This document shows positions 9,550 through 19,711 of a stretch of DNA of 64,000 bases, one piece after another. Source of the DNA: Terriglobia bacterium. GTDB lineage: Bacteria > Acidobacteriota > Polarisedimenticolia > Polarisedimenticolales > JAIQFR01. The notes under the pieces are model-generated. The model had not been told where the DNA came from and searched no databases. It saw nothing but the letters and a program-made list of their open reading frames with translations. The stretch covers positions 928,001 through 992,000 of the forward strand of contig CAVVHE010000004.1 of NCBI GenBank assembly GCA_963748015.1, given 5' to 3'. How positions within the stretch are numbered: position 1 is the stretch's first letter; each line of letters starts with the position of its first letter. Both the position numbers and the translations under genes were made by a program.

Positions 9550-11135
9550 ATGAGCGAACGCAAGAGCCTCCTCCGAAGCGCCGGCGCGATCAGCCTGGCC
9601 ACGCTGGTCAGCCGCGTCCTCGGCCTCCTGCGCGATCAGGTCCAGGCCTATTTCTTCGGGGCGGGCATGGTCGCGGACGCGTTTCTCGCGGCGTTCCGCA
9701 TTCCGAATCTCCTGCGCGACCTCTTCGCCGAGGGAGCCCTCTCCTCCGCGTTCGTTCCGACCTTCACGGCGGAAAGGGAGCAGGGGGGGACGAAGCGGCG
9801 TACCGCCTCGCGAACCGGGTCATGACCGCGGTCGCCCTCGTGCTCGGCATCCTCGCGATCCTGATCGCGGTCTTCGCTCCCTACATCCTCAGGGTGTACG
9901 TCCCCGGCTTCGAGCCCGCCAAGATGGCCCTGGCGGTCACGATGACCAGGATTCTCGCCCCGTTCCTGCTCTTCGTGGCGCTCGCCGCGGTGGCGATGGG
10001 GATCCTGAACACTTGCGGGCGCTTCTTCCTGCCCGCGCTCGCCCCCGCCGCGTTCAACCTCGCGGCGATCCTCGGCGTGCTCTGCCTCGTGCCCGTTTTC
10101 AAGCGCCTCGGCGTGCATCCCGGCATGGCCCTCGCGGTGGGCGCGATGGCGGGCGGCGTCCTGCAGTTCCTGGTCCAGGTTCCCGCGATGCGCCGGGAGG
10201 GCTTCCGATTCCGGCCCGAGCTCAAGCCCCGCGATCCGGCCCTTCGGCGCGTCGTGCGGCTGATGGCCCCGGCGACGTTCGGGCTCGCGGCGACCCAGAT
10301 CAACATCCTCGTGGACACCATCCTCGCCTCGCTCTACGGCAACGGACCGATCGCGTGGCTCTCGTACGCTTTCCGCCTCATGCAGCTTCCGCTGGGCCTG
10401 TTCGGCGTGGCGCTCGGCACGGCCAACCTCGCGCGGGTCTCGAGGGACGCGGCGCGAGGAGACGCCGCCGGACTTCGCGCGAATCTCGCCGGCGCGCTGA
10501 GAGCCGCGGCGCTGCTCACGCTGCCCGCGACCGCCGGTCTCGTGGCTCTTCGCGAGCCGATCGTCCGGATCCTGTTCGAGCACGGCCGATTCGGACCGCA
10601 CGACACGCTCAAGACCGCCGCCGCCGTGCTCTGCTACGCCCTGGGGCTCTACGCCTATTCCGTGACCAAGATCCAGGTGCCCACGTTCTACGCGCTGGGT
10701 GACACGCGACTTCCCGTGATCGCCTCGGCCTCCGCGGTCGGTCTCAAGATCGCGGCGAACCTGATCCTCATGGCGGCGCTGCCGCGCGTGGGTATCGATC
10801 CGTTCCTCGGCCTCGCGCTGTCCACGTCCATCGCCGCGTGGACGAACATGGCCATCCTCGAGCGCGGACTCACGAGACGCGCGGGCTCGCTGCGTCAGCA
10901 CGCGGTCGTACCCGCGACCCTGAAGCTGGCGATTCTCTCCGCCGCGATGGGAGCCGCCTGCGCCGCGTGCCAGGCGGCGCTCGAACGATTCGCGGGCGGG
11001 GGCGGTTTCGCGGGGGAGGCCGGCCGTCTCGGCGCGTCGATGGCTCTCGGCATCGGGATCACCGCATGGGGCGTGCACGTCCTGCGCCTTCCGGAGGTCG
11101 AAGCGATCCGGGCCCGTATCCGGGGGAAATCGTGA
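9550..11135 (+). CDS. murJ: Lipid II flippase MurJ (MviN), apparent frameshift at G7 run 9783-9789
   Basis: [32 protein letters not shown] in one frame, remainder ([22 protein letters not shown]) in the -1 frame; one extra G joins them. Confidence 0.9.
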
Positions 11136-11590
11136 AGGTTCTGGTGCAGCGGGTGTCGCGGGCGGAGGTGCGGGTCGAGGGACGAACGGCCGGCTCGATC
11201 TCGAGCGGCCTTCTCGTCCTCGTGGGCGTCGAGCGCGGCGACACGACGGCGGTTGCCGACTATCTCGCCGACAAGGCCGCCGAGCTCAGGATCTTCGCCG
11301 ACGACGCCGGCAAGATGAACCGCAGCCTAGTCGAGACCGGAGGCGAAGCGCTCGTGGTCTCGCAGTTCACGCTCGCGGGCTCCACGCGGCGGGGACGCCG
11401 CCCCTCGTTCGACGCCGCGGCGGCGCCGGCCGACGCCGATCCGCTCTACCGCCGATTCGCCGCCCGCCTCGCCGAGCGCGGCGTGCGCGTCGCCACCGGC
11501 GTGTTCCAGGCGATGATGGAGGTGGAATCGGTGAACGACGGGCCGGTCACGCTCCTGCTCGATCCGCCGCCGGGAAAGGAACCGGCTTGA
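11132..11590 (+). CDS. dtd: D-aminoacyl-tRNA deacylase
   Basis: [24 protein letters not shown]. Confidence 0.95.
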   Translation: MKVLVQRVSRAEVRVEGRTAGSISSGLLVLVGVERGDTTAVADYLADKAAELRIFADDAGKMNRSLVETGGEALVVSQFTLAGSTRRGRRPSFDAAAAPADADPLYRRFAARLAERGVRVATGVFQAMMEVESVNDGPVTLLLDPPPGKEPA

Positions 11591-12504
11591 AGAAGCGCGT
11601 CAACGATCCGGGCCCTCGCGAGCCCTCGGGCTGGCTGTCGAGATACCTCGACCACCTCGCGGCGGAACGCGGACTTTCCCCGAACACGCTGGCCGCGTAC
11701 CGCCGGGACATCGAGGCCCTCGCCCGGGGTCTCGGAGAAAGACGGCCGCCGGAGTCGGCGGAGAAGGACGACCTCTTGCGGCACCTGCGCCGCATGCGTG
11801 TGGCGTCGCGCTCTCCGCGGTCGGTCGCGCGCTGGCTCGTCGCCGTGCGCGGGTTCTTCGCCTTCCTCCTCGCCGAGGAGATCGTCTCGGAAGATCCGAC
11901 CTCCCACCTCGACGCCCCCCGAACGTGGCGGTCGCTGCCGAAGGTCCTGAGCGCGGGAGACGTCGAGGCGCTGATTGCCGCTCCGGACCGGAGCGATCCC
12001 CGCGGCCTGAGGGACGCCGCGATGCTCGAGGTGCTCTATGCGACCGGGCTTCGTGTGAGCGAGCTCACCGGCCTGCGTCTGGGGGATCTCCAGCTCGACG
12101 CGGGCTACGTGCGGTGCATCGGCAAGGGCTCGAAGGAGCGGGTGACCCCCCTCGGCGGCGAGGCGAACGCGGCGCTCCAGCGCTACCTCGCGGTGGGTCG
12201 GCCCGCCCTCATCGGGGCCCGGCGCAACGACGTCCTCTTCGTGAACCACCGCGGCGGGGCGATGACGCGGCAGGGGTTCTGGAAGATCATCCGGGCGTAC
12301 GGCGCGAAGACCGGCCTCAAGGTCCGCCTCTCGCCGCACACGATCCGTCACTCGTTCGCCACCCACCTACTGGAGCACGGCGCCGATCTCCGGTCCGTCC
12401 AGGTCCTGCTCGGCCACGCGGACATCTCGACCACGCAGATCTACACCCACGTCAGCCGCGAGCGCCTGAAGCGGCTCTACAAGGACCATCACCCGCGAGC
12501 GTAG
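11587..12504 (+). CDS. xerD: Tyrosine recombinase XerD
   Basis: ERGLSPNT, LYATGLRVSEL, GKGSKER, TRQGFWK, HTIRHSFATHLL, LGHADISTTQIYTHV, HHPRA. Confidence 0.92.
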   Translation: MKKRVNDPGPREPSGWLSRYLDHLAAERGLSPNTLAAYRRDIEALARGLGERRPPESAEKDDLLRHLRRMRVASRSPRSVARWLVAVRGFFAFLLAEEIVSEDPTSHLDAPRTWRSLPKVLSAGDVEALIAAPDRSDPRGLRDAAMLEVLYATGLRVSELTGLRLGDLQLDAGYVRCIGKGSKERVTPLGGEANAALQRYLAVGRPALIGARRNDVLFVNHRGGAMTRQGFWKIIRAYGAKTGLKVRLSPHTIRHSFATHLLEHGADLRSVQVLLGHADISTTQIYTHVSRERLKRLYKDHHPRA

Positions 12505-12559
12505 GGAGAATCGCCCCCCGCTGTTGTAAGCGGCCGCCCAACGGGCTTACCCTGATGTC

Positions 12560-15187
12560 GTGATCCTGGTCACCACTCACGAGAGCGCGGACTTCGACTG
12601 CGCTGCGGGCGTCCTCGCCGCGCTCCTCCTGCACCCCGGAGCGATCGCGGCCTTTCCGGGCTCCAAGTCGCCGGCCGTGAAGGCGTACCTCGAGGCCGAG
12701 CCGTCGCTCCTTCCCGAGACCCGATCCCGCGACGTGGACCTCGAATCGGTGACGGGCCTCGTGCTGGTGGACACGGCGTCGCCGGAGCGGATCGGCAGGT
12801 TTCGAGAGCTCCTCACTTCGCCCCGCGCCGTGCCGCTGACCTGCTACGACCACCACCCCGCGGGGGAGGATCCGCCGGGCGCCGTGGTGCACCGGCGGCC
12901 GACCGGGGCGGTGAGCACGCTGATGGCGTCCTTGCTGGCGGACCGCGGCATCGGGATCACGCCGAGCCAGGCCACCTTCCTCGCGCTCGGCATCTACGAG
13001 GACACCGGGAGCCTCGTGCACGCGGGTACCACGGTCGAGGATCTGCGAGCCGCGGCCTGGCTGGTGGAGCGGGGGGCCGACCTCTCCCGCGTCGCCAGGA
13101 CGCTCGCGCGCGGCCTCACGCCGGACCAGGTGGACCTCTACCACGCGATCCTCCACGACGCGCGTCCCTATCGCATCCGGGGCCAGGAGGTGACGGTCGC
13201 GGCGGTCGCCGCGGAGCGCTTCGTTCCCGAGGCGTCGGTCGTCGTCCAGCAGTTCATCCAGGCGGCCGCGATCGACCGGATGGCCGCGCTGATCCGCATG
13301 GAGGACCGGATCGTCCTCATCGTGCGGAGCCGGGCGCCGGACCTCGACGCCTCGCGGCTGGCGGCGGTGTTCGGAGGGGGAGGGCACCCCTCGGCGGCCT
13401 CCGCGATTCTCCACGGCGCCACCCTGATCGAGGGGAAGGACGCCCTCCTCGCCGCCCTTCGAGAGACCCTGGTCCCCTCGGTCCGCGCCGCGGATCTCGC
13501 GCACCCGATCCTCTACACCGTCGCCGCGGGATCGAGCGTGGAAGACGCGGTGGCCCTCATGAACCGGCACAGGATCAACGCGCTGCCCGTGGTGGAGCGG
13601 GGTAGCGTGACCGGGGCCCTCACGCGGCAGATCGCCGACAGCGCGCTGCACCACGGAATGGGATCGACGGCCGTCAGGGATTTCGTCTCCGCGGAGATGG
13701 AGATCGTCCCCCCGGAGGCCGATCTCGAGACCCTGGAGAGGCGCCTCCTCGCCAGGAACCTCCGCTTCGTCCTGGTCGGGGACGGACCGGACCGGATCAC
13801 GGGGCTCGTCACCCGGACGTCCCTCCTGCGGCACCTGTACGAGCGCGAAGCCGCCGCCAGGCCGGGAAGGGAACCGGGGGGAGGCGACGCCGGCGCCGAG
13901 GGGGGACTCGACCTCTCTCCCATGATGCAGCGCAGGCTTGCCACGCGAGGGATCGACGTGCTCCGGGCCCTGGGCGACCTCGCGTCCGAGAGCGGAGCCC
14001 CCGCGTACCTGGTGGGGGGCGTGGTGCGAGATCTCCTGCTCAAACGGGAGAACCGCGATCTGGACGTCGTGGTGGAGGGGGATGCCTGCGCTCTCGCGGC
14101 GGCCCTCGCCACGAAGCTCGGCGGCCGCCTCCGAGTCCACGAGGCGTTCCAGACGGCCGCGCTCTTCTTCGACGACGGCCTGCGGCTCGACCTCGCGTCC
14201 GCCCGCACCGAGCACTACCGCCGCCCCGGCGCGCTGCCCGAGGTGGCGCGCGGCGGCCTGCGGCAGGATCTGTTCCGCCGCGACTTCACGATCAACGCTC
14301 TCGCGGTCCGGCTCACCCCGCCGGGGTTCGGCCGGCTCATCGATTTCTTCGGCGGACGCAAGGACCTCGTCGACGGGAAGATCCGGGTGCTCCACGGGCT
14401 TTCGTTCATCGAGGACCCGACGCGCGCCCTCCGCGGGATCCGCTTCGCCGTCCGGCTCGATTTCGAGATCGCGAGGGAGACGGCGCACCTGATCCGGGTC
14501 GCGCGCCGCGAGCGGGTGTTCGATCGCCTGACGCCCCTTCGCCTGCGTCGCGAGATCGAGCAGCTCTTCGGCGAGAAGAGGGCGCTCAAGGCGATCGAGA
14601 GGATGAAGGAGTTCGGCCTCCTGTCGGTCCTGCACGCGGACCTCGACCCGGGACGACGGACGATCGCGCGTCTCGAGAGGGCCGAGGAGGCCCTGGGGTG
14701 GTACCGGCTCCTCTACCGGGACGAGGCGCTGCTGGGCTGGACGGTGATCTTGGGGGTGCTCTCGGAGGAGCTGCCGCCTTCCGCGCGGCGGGAAATGCTC
14801 GCGCGGCTCAAGCCCGGCCGCGGCGCGATGCGGATCCTCGAGGATGCCCCCGAGCGGGTCCGGCGAATCGCCTCGCGCCTCGCCAAGCGCGCGCATCCGT
14901 CGAGCCGGATCCACGAGGCCTGCAGGGGCGAGCCCACGGAGATGCTGCTGATGGTGATGGCCCTGACAGGGCGGGAGGAGACCCGAAAAGCGGTGTCGGA
15001 TTATCTCTCCCGCCTCCGGGACGTGAAGCCGGATATCGACGGGAACGACCTGCTTCGGGCAGGGGTCACGGAGGGGCCCCGGGTGGCCGTCGGCCTCGAT
15101 GCGGCCCTTCGGGCGAAGCTCGACGGGAAAGCCCCCGGCAGGGACGAGCAGCTTGCCGCGGCCCTCGCCGCGCTCGGTCGCGCTTGA
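12560..15187 (+). CDS. tRNA nucleotidyltransferase with N-terminal DHH/DHHA1 and CBS domains (A-adding/CCA-adding type)
   Basis: THESADFD, DHH, GGGGH, CBS pair, VGGVVRDLLL..DLDVV, DLFRRDFTINAL, EDPTRALR. Confidence 0.88.
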   Translation: MILVTTHESADFDCAAGVLAALLLHPGAIAAFPGSKSPAVKAYLEAEPSLLPETRSRDVDLESVTGLVLVDTASPERIGRFRELLTSPRAVPLTCYDHHPAGEDPPGAVVHRRPTGAVSTLMASLLADRGIGITPSQATFLALGIYEDTGSLVHAGTTVEDLRAAAWLVERGADLSRVARTLARGLTPDQVDLYHAILHDARPYRIRGQEVTVAAVAAERFVPEASVVVQQFIQAAAIDRMAALIRMEDRIVLIVRSRAPDLDASRLAAVFGGGGHPSAASAILHGATLIEGKDALLAALRETLVPSVRAADLAHPILYTVAAGSSVEDAVALMNRHRINALPVVERGSVTGALTRQIADSALHHGMGSTAVRDFVSAEMEIVPPEADLETLERRLLARNLRFVLVGDGPDRITGLVTRTSLLRHLYEREAAARPGREPGGGDAGAEGGLDLSPMMQRRLATRGIDVLRALGDLASESGAPAYLVGGVVRDLLLKRENRDLDVVVEGDACALAAALATKLGGRLRVHEAFQTAALFFDDGLRLDLASARTEHYRRPGALPEVARGGLRQDLFRRDFTINALAVRLTPPGFGRLIDFFGGRKDLVDGKIRVLHGLSFIEDPTRALRGIRFAVRLDFEIARETAHLIRVARRERVFDRLTPLRLRREIEQLFGEKRALKAIERMKEFGLLSVLHADLDPGRRTIARLERAEEALGWYRLLYRDEALLGWTVILGVLSEELPPSARREMLARLKPGRGAMRILEDAPERVRRIASRLAKRAHPSSRIHEACRGEPTEMLLMVMALTGREETRKAVSDYLSRLRDVKPDIDGNDLLRAGVTEGPRVAVGLDAALRAKLDGKAPGRDEQLAAALAALGRA

Positions 15188-15248
15188 CAGTGGGCGCGCC
15201 CCTCGTTTATCCCTAAGCGGCGATCGGCGGGTTGCCGGGGGAGGACAT

Positions 15249-16220
15249 GTGAGCGAAGAGCGCTTCGAGGACCCGATTCTCGAGCTGGAGCGGAAGATCG
15301 AGTCGCTCTCCGGAATGGGCGACGACATCTCCATCCGCCGGCAGCGCGAGCGCCTAGAGCGCGAGCTCGAAGAGACCCGCGCGAAGATCTACTCCTCGCT
15401 AACCCCCTGGCAGAAGACGATCGTCGCGCGCCATCCGCGCCGCCCCTACACGCTGGACTACGTCAGGAACCTGATCGAGGGGTTCGTCGAGATCCACGGC
15501 GACCGGAAGTACGCCGACGATCCGGCCATCGTCACGGGCTTCGGGGTGTTCCGGGGCCGTCCCGTGGCCATCGTCGGGCACCAGAAGGGCCGGGACACGA
15601 AGGAGAAGATCTACCGGAATTTCGGCATGCCGCGGCCGGAGGGATACCGCAAGGCGATGCGCCTCATGCGCCTCGCGGAGAAGTTCGGACGGCCCATCTT
15701 GAGCTTCATCGACACCCCCGGGGCCTATCCCGGCATCGGCGCGGAGGAGAGGGGACAGGCCGAGGCCATCGCGTTCAACCTCAGGGAGATGGCGAGGCTG
15801 CGCGTTCCCGTCGTCGTGACCGTGACGGGAGAGGGGGGGAGCGGCGGCGCGCTCGCGATCGGCGTGGGAAACCGCGTCAACATCCTCGAGTTCGCCGTCT
15901 ACTCGGTGATCAGCCCGGAAGGATGCGCGGCGATTCTCTGGCGCGACCCTTCGAGGAGCCGCGACGCCGCGCTGGCCATGAAGACGACGGCGCCCGACCT
16001 CTACCGGCTCGACATCGTGGACGAGGTGATCCCCGAGGTCGCGGGGGGCGCGCACGTGGACCCGGCCCGGCAGGCGGCGATCATCGGCGATACGGTGGAG
16101 CGGCAGATCCGCGAGCTCGATCGCCTCGAACCCGACGGGCTGGTCTCCCAGCGATACGAGCGCTTCCGCAAGCTCGGCAAGTTCACGGACGCCGCTCCGG
16201 GAGTCGCGGCGGCGGGTTAG
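15249..16220 (+). CDS. accA: Acetyl-CoA carboxylase carboxyltransferase alpha subunit
   Basis: ARHPRRP, NFGMPRPEGYRKA, DTPGAYPG, GEGGSGGAL, YSVISPEGCA. Confidence 0.96.
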   Translation: MSEERFEDPILELERKIESLSGMGDDISIRRQRERLERELEETRAKIYSSLTPWQKTIVARHPRRPYTLDYVRNLIEGFVEIHGDRKYADDPAIVTGFGVFRGRPVAIVGHQKGRDTKEKIYRNFGMPRPEGYRKAMRLMRLAEKFGRPILSFIDTPGAYPGIGAEERGQAEAIAFNLREMARLRVPVVVTVTGEGGSGGALAIGVGNRVNILEFAVYSVISPEGCAAILWRDPSRSRDAALAMKTTAPDLYRLDIVDEVIPEVAGGAHVDPARQAAIIGDTVERQIRELDRLEPDGLVSQRYERFRKLGKFTDAAPGVAAAG

Positions 16221-16244
16221 CCGCCGGCGGCGCCCGCCGGGAGG

Positions 16245-17054
16245 TCAGCGCCGCTCCGCCTCCTTGGCCTCGTTCCACAGCCGGTCCATGCGTTCGAGGC
16301 CGGCCTCCTCGACCGGAATACCGAGGCGCTCGAGCTCCGCCTCGACCCGCGAGAAACGGGAAGCGAACTTCCGGTTGGCCGCCTCGAGCGCCTCCTCGGG
16401 ATCCACGCCGAGGCGGCGACCGAGATTGGCGGCCGAGAAGAGCAAGTCGCCCAGCTCCTCACGGGCGGCGTCGAGGTCCCGTCCCAGGACCGCGGATCGG
16501 AGTTCCTCGAGCTCTTCGGAGAGCTTGTCCACCACCCCGGCGTCGTTCGGCCAGTCGAACCCCACCCTGGCGGCCTTGGTGGACAGGCGCTGGGCCTTGA
16601 GCAGCGCCGGCAGGGCCCGGGGCACCCCCGCCAGCACCGAGCCCCCCTTCCGCGGGCCGCCCGCTCCTTCGGCCTCGTCCTTCTCGCGCCGCTTGATCTC
16701 CTCCCAGCGGCGGAGCACCTCATCCGAGGTGTCGGCCCGCGCTTCGCCGAAAACGTGCGGATGGCGGCGCACCATCTTCTCCGAGATCCCCCGGACGACG
16801 TCCGCCGCCGCGAAGCCCCCCTCTTCCTTGGCGAGACGGCTCAGGAAGACCACCTGGAAGAGGAGGTCGCCGAGCTCTTCCCGCAGCGCGCCGCGATCCC
16901 CGTCGTCGATGGCGTCGACGACCTCGTGGCACTCCTCGAGAAGGTAGCCGCGCAGGGAGGCGAAGGTCTGCTCCCGGTCCCACGGGCAGCCGTCCGGCCC
17001 GCGCAGCCGGTCCATCAGGGCCACGAGATCCTCGAATCGATCGCTCGGTTCCAT
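16245..17054 (-). CDS. mazG: Nucleoside triphosphate pyrophosphohydrolase MazG
   Basis: GCPWDREQT, EELGDLLFQ, RRHPHVF, VGFDW, second EELGDLLF. Confidence 0.95.
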   Translation of the reverse strand: MEPSDRFEDLVALMDRLRGPDGCPWDREQTFASLRGYLLEECHEVVDAIDDGDRGALREELGDLLFQVVFLSRLAKEEGGFAAADVVRGISEKMVRRHPHVFGEARADTSDEVLRRWEEIKRREKDEAEGAGGPRKGGSVLAGVPRALPALLKAQRLSTKAARVGFDWPNDAGVVDKLSEELEELRSAVLGRDLDAAREELGDLLFSAANLGRRLGVDPEEALEAANRKFASRFSRVEAELERLGIPVEEAGLERMDRLWNEAKEAERR

Positions 17055-17233
17055 GCGGGGTGCTCTCCTTGACTCCCCCCGTACCGCGGCACATCTTTGA
17101 CCGCGGTTGCGGCGTCCTCGTCGGACGGTCGCCCCGGGTGCGCGATTGGAATTGAAACGCGAAGAAGGAGGATGGTACCATCCCGCGGCGATCGCGCGCG
17201 CGCGGGGAAGCGACGCCTGCGTCGGAGGGCGGG

Positions 17234-17698
17234 ATGACCGAGAACGATTCGCCCGGTGGGAAGGGCGCGAGCCGGCCGGTGCCGGCTTTCAAGGTGAAGG
17301 ACAGGCGCCACTTCACACCCGAGGGGGAGATCCGTTCCGGCGGCCCGAGCGAGCCCGACGAGCCGGAGAGCCCGCCCCCGCCCCCGGAGAACCGCTCGCC
17401 GAGGGAGAGCCACCCGGGTTTCGAGCGTCGGCCGCTCGAGGATCCCGAGGACGTCAGCTTCACCATGCTGATCAACGCGATGGCGCAGCCCGCCCTTCTC
17501 TTCCTCGGGGAGATCCCTCACCCGGCGACCGGGCAGCCGACGATCGATCCCGAGAAGGCGAAGCTGCAAATCGACATGCTGGAGCTCCTGAGGGTGAAAT
17601 GCCGGGGCAACCTGTCGCCGCAGGAGGAGACCCTCCTCGAGCAGGTGCTCTACCAGCTCCGCATGCTCTACGTCGCGCGAGTCGGCCCCGCACGCTGA
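17234..17698 (+). CDS. DUF1844-like protein
   Basis: FKVKDRRHF, LFLGEIPHPATG..AKLQIDMLELLRVKCRGNLSPQE..LYQLRMLYV. Confidence 0.75.
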   Translation: MTENDSPGGKGASRPVPAFKVKDRRHFTPEGEIRSGGPSEPDEPESPPPPPENRSPRESHPGFERRPLEDPEDVSFTMLINAMAQPALLFLGEIPHPATGQPTIDPEKAKLQIDMLELLRVKCRGNLSPQEETLLEQVLYQLRMLYVARVGPAR

Positions 17699-19710
17699 TC
17701 TCGCTTCCTCTCGTTCTGACGCTCCTCCTCGGCGCGGCGGGTTCCGTGTGCGCCGACACCGGGGTCATCCGGCTTGCAACGCCGCCTCGGGACGCCGAGG
17801 CGGTGGAGTCCTCCCCGCAGGACGGCGGGATCGCGGCTCTCAAGGAGATCAGGCGGGGCTTCGATTTCGAGTCGTTCCAGACCCGGCTCGAGGGGATGTG
17901 GTTCCAGAGGAAGGCGTTTCTCGCCGACGGGCGGGACGCGGACGCCGCCCGCCAATCCGACCTCATTCGCGCGTTCTGCGCGGAGGAAGGGCTTCACCGC
18001 GTGGAGGGGGTCGCGGCAGCGCTGGTGGCCGAGTCCCGGCGGTACGCGCACGACGGGGGCTACGAGAAGGCCCTTCGCTCGCTCGACCTCGCGGAGGCAT
18101 TCGATCCCGGCTCGTCGCAGATCCGTCTCGCAAGGGCCGCCGTCTTCTGGAAGTCGAGCGGCGGGCTGCTTTCGGCGGCGGGGGAGTTCTTCCAGGCCGC
18201 CCGCGCGCAGCTCCGGGAGGCCTGGACGAGCCTCGGCCTCGTCAACGAGATGGCGCTGGTGCTCGTCTTCGCGCTCCTCGGTTGTCTGACCGCCTTCTCC
18301 GCGCTCCTGGCGGCGCGCCACCACGTCGCCGTCCGCCACGAGATCGAGGAGGAGCTGCTGCGGCGAGGCATCGAGCGGTGGGCCCCCGCCGCGGGCTGGG
18401 CGATGCTGCTCCTGCCCCTGCTCTCCTGGATCTTCGCGGGCTGGATCGCTCTCTACTGGATCGTCGTGACCTTCCGCGTGACCGGGAGGGCCGAGCGGCT
18501 CGTCGCGTCCGCGTTGCTCCTCGGGGCCGTCGCGTCCGTCCCGGCCTATCGCGTGGGCGTGGCCATCTACGGACTCACCGCCGATCCGATCGTCCGCACC
18601 TCGCTCGCGGCGGCCTCGGGCAGGTACGATCCCGACCGGATCGTCAAGATGCGCGAGCTGGTCGAGACCCATCCCAGCGAGCCGATCTACCGATTCCTCC
18701 TCGCCGGACTGTACAAGAACGGCCGGTACTTCGAGGACGCCTATCGCGAGTACAAGCAGGTCCTCGCCATCGACCGCGACACCTACCCGGCGCTCGTGAA
18801 CCTGGGGAACATCTTCTTCCAGACCGGCCAGTACTCCGAGGCCGCGGTGCTGTACAAGCGGGCCATCGAGGTCGAGCCGAGGTCCATCCTGGCCTACTAC
18901 GACCTCCACCTCGCGCAGTCCGAGGCGTTCAACTTCAAGGAAGCCGAGGGCTCGCTCAACCGCGCGAAGGACATCGACCCGAAAGCGATCGCGGATCTGC
19001 TCTCGCGCCACGGCAGGGAAGGGGACCGTCCGACGGTGGTCGACGCGACCGTGGGCGTGGGGACCATCATGCGAGCGACCCTCTCAGGGGGTCAGCTGCG
19101 GGGGTGGCTCGAGAGCAGCCGTTCCGATGGAGCGGGTCGCGAGATCGTACGGCAATTCCTGAATCCGACGAGCGTCGTGTCGCTCCTGGCGCTGATCGCG
19201 GGGCTCGCGGCCGTCGTCTCGGCGGCGCGGCACCCGGCGGCGCGAGCCTGCGCGCGCTGCGGCCGCCCGTTCTGCCACCTCTGCAAGAGCGCGAGGGACG
19301 GCAACGACTACTGCACCCAGTGCGTCCATCTCTTCGTGCTGGGAGACGGACTCGCTCCCGAAACCAAGACGAAGAAGCTCTACGAGATCGAGCGGCATGA
19401 GCGCCTGGGCCGGATCTTCCGGCGAATCGTCTCCGCCGTCATGCCAGGCGCGGGCGACGTTCTGGCGGGGAAGCCGGCGCTCGGCGCCGCGCTGCTCCTT
19501 CTGTGGCTGACCGCCTGGATCGCCTGGCGGCCCCAGATCTTCGCGCCGGTCCAGCATCTGATGGGGGCGGACCTGAGGCTGGACCTGCTGCGCTCGGGCG
19601 GCATGTCCACCTCGTTCCTGCTCGGCCCGGCGGCGGTCGTCTGCGCGCCGCTGGCCGCGTTCGTCTGGCTCGCCGGAAACATGCGGCGCACGCGCCGCCT
19701 CGGGGCCTAG
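17695..19710 (+). CDS. Polytopic membrane protein with TPR repeats and a Cys-rich Zn finger (start uncertain)
   Basis: Hydrophobic N-terminus, TPR units (ALVNLGNIFFQTGQYSEAAVLYKRAIEVEP), several TM helices, CARCGRPFCHLC..CTQCVH; candidate starts CTG 17695 or ATG 17599. Confidence 0.7.
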   Translation: MISLPLVLTLLLGAAGSVCADTGVIRLATPPRDAEAVESSPQDGGIAALKEIRRGFDFESFQTRLEGMWFQRKAFLADGRDADAARQSDLIRAFCAEEGLHRVEGVAAALVAESRRYAHDGGYEKALRSLDLAEAFDPGSSQIRLARAAVFWKSSGGLLSAAGEFFQAARAQLREAWTSLGLVNEMALVLVFALLGCLTAFSALLAARHHVAVRHEIEEELLRRGIERWAPAAGWAMLLLPLLSWIFAGWIALYWIVVTFRVTGRAERLVASALLLGAVASVPAYRVGVAIYGLTADPIVRTSLAAASGRYDPDRIVKMRELVETHPSEPIYRFLLAGLYKNGRYFEDAYREYKQVLAIDRDTYPALVNLGNIFFQTGQYSEAAVLYKRAIEVEPRSILAYYDLHLAQSEAFNFKEAEGSLNRAKDIDPKAIADLLSRHGREGDRPTVVDATVGVGTIMRATLSGGQLRGWLESSRSDGAGREIVRQFLNPTSVVSLLALIAGLAAVVSAARHPAARACARCGRPFCHLCKSARDGNDYCTQCVHLFVLGDGLAPETKTKKLYEIERHERLGRIFRRIVSAVMPGAGDVLAGKPALGAALLLLWLTAWIAWRPQIFAPVQHLMGADLRLDLLRSGGMSTSFLLGPAAVVCAPLAAFVWLAGNMRRTRRLGA

Positions 19711-19711
19711 G

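Noticed and set aside
11587..12504. Tyrosine recombinase as a prophage or island integrase
   Set aside because: It has XerD signatures, lies in a housekeeping operon, and has no att repeats or cargo.
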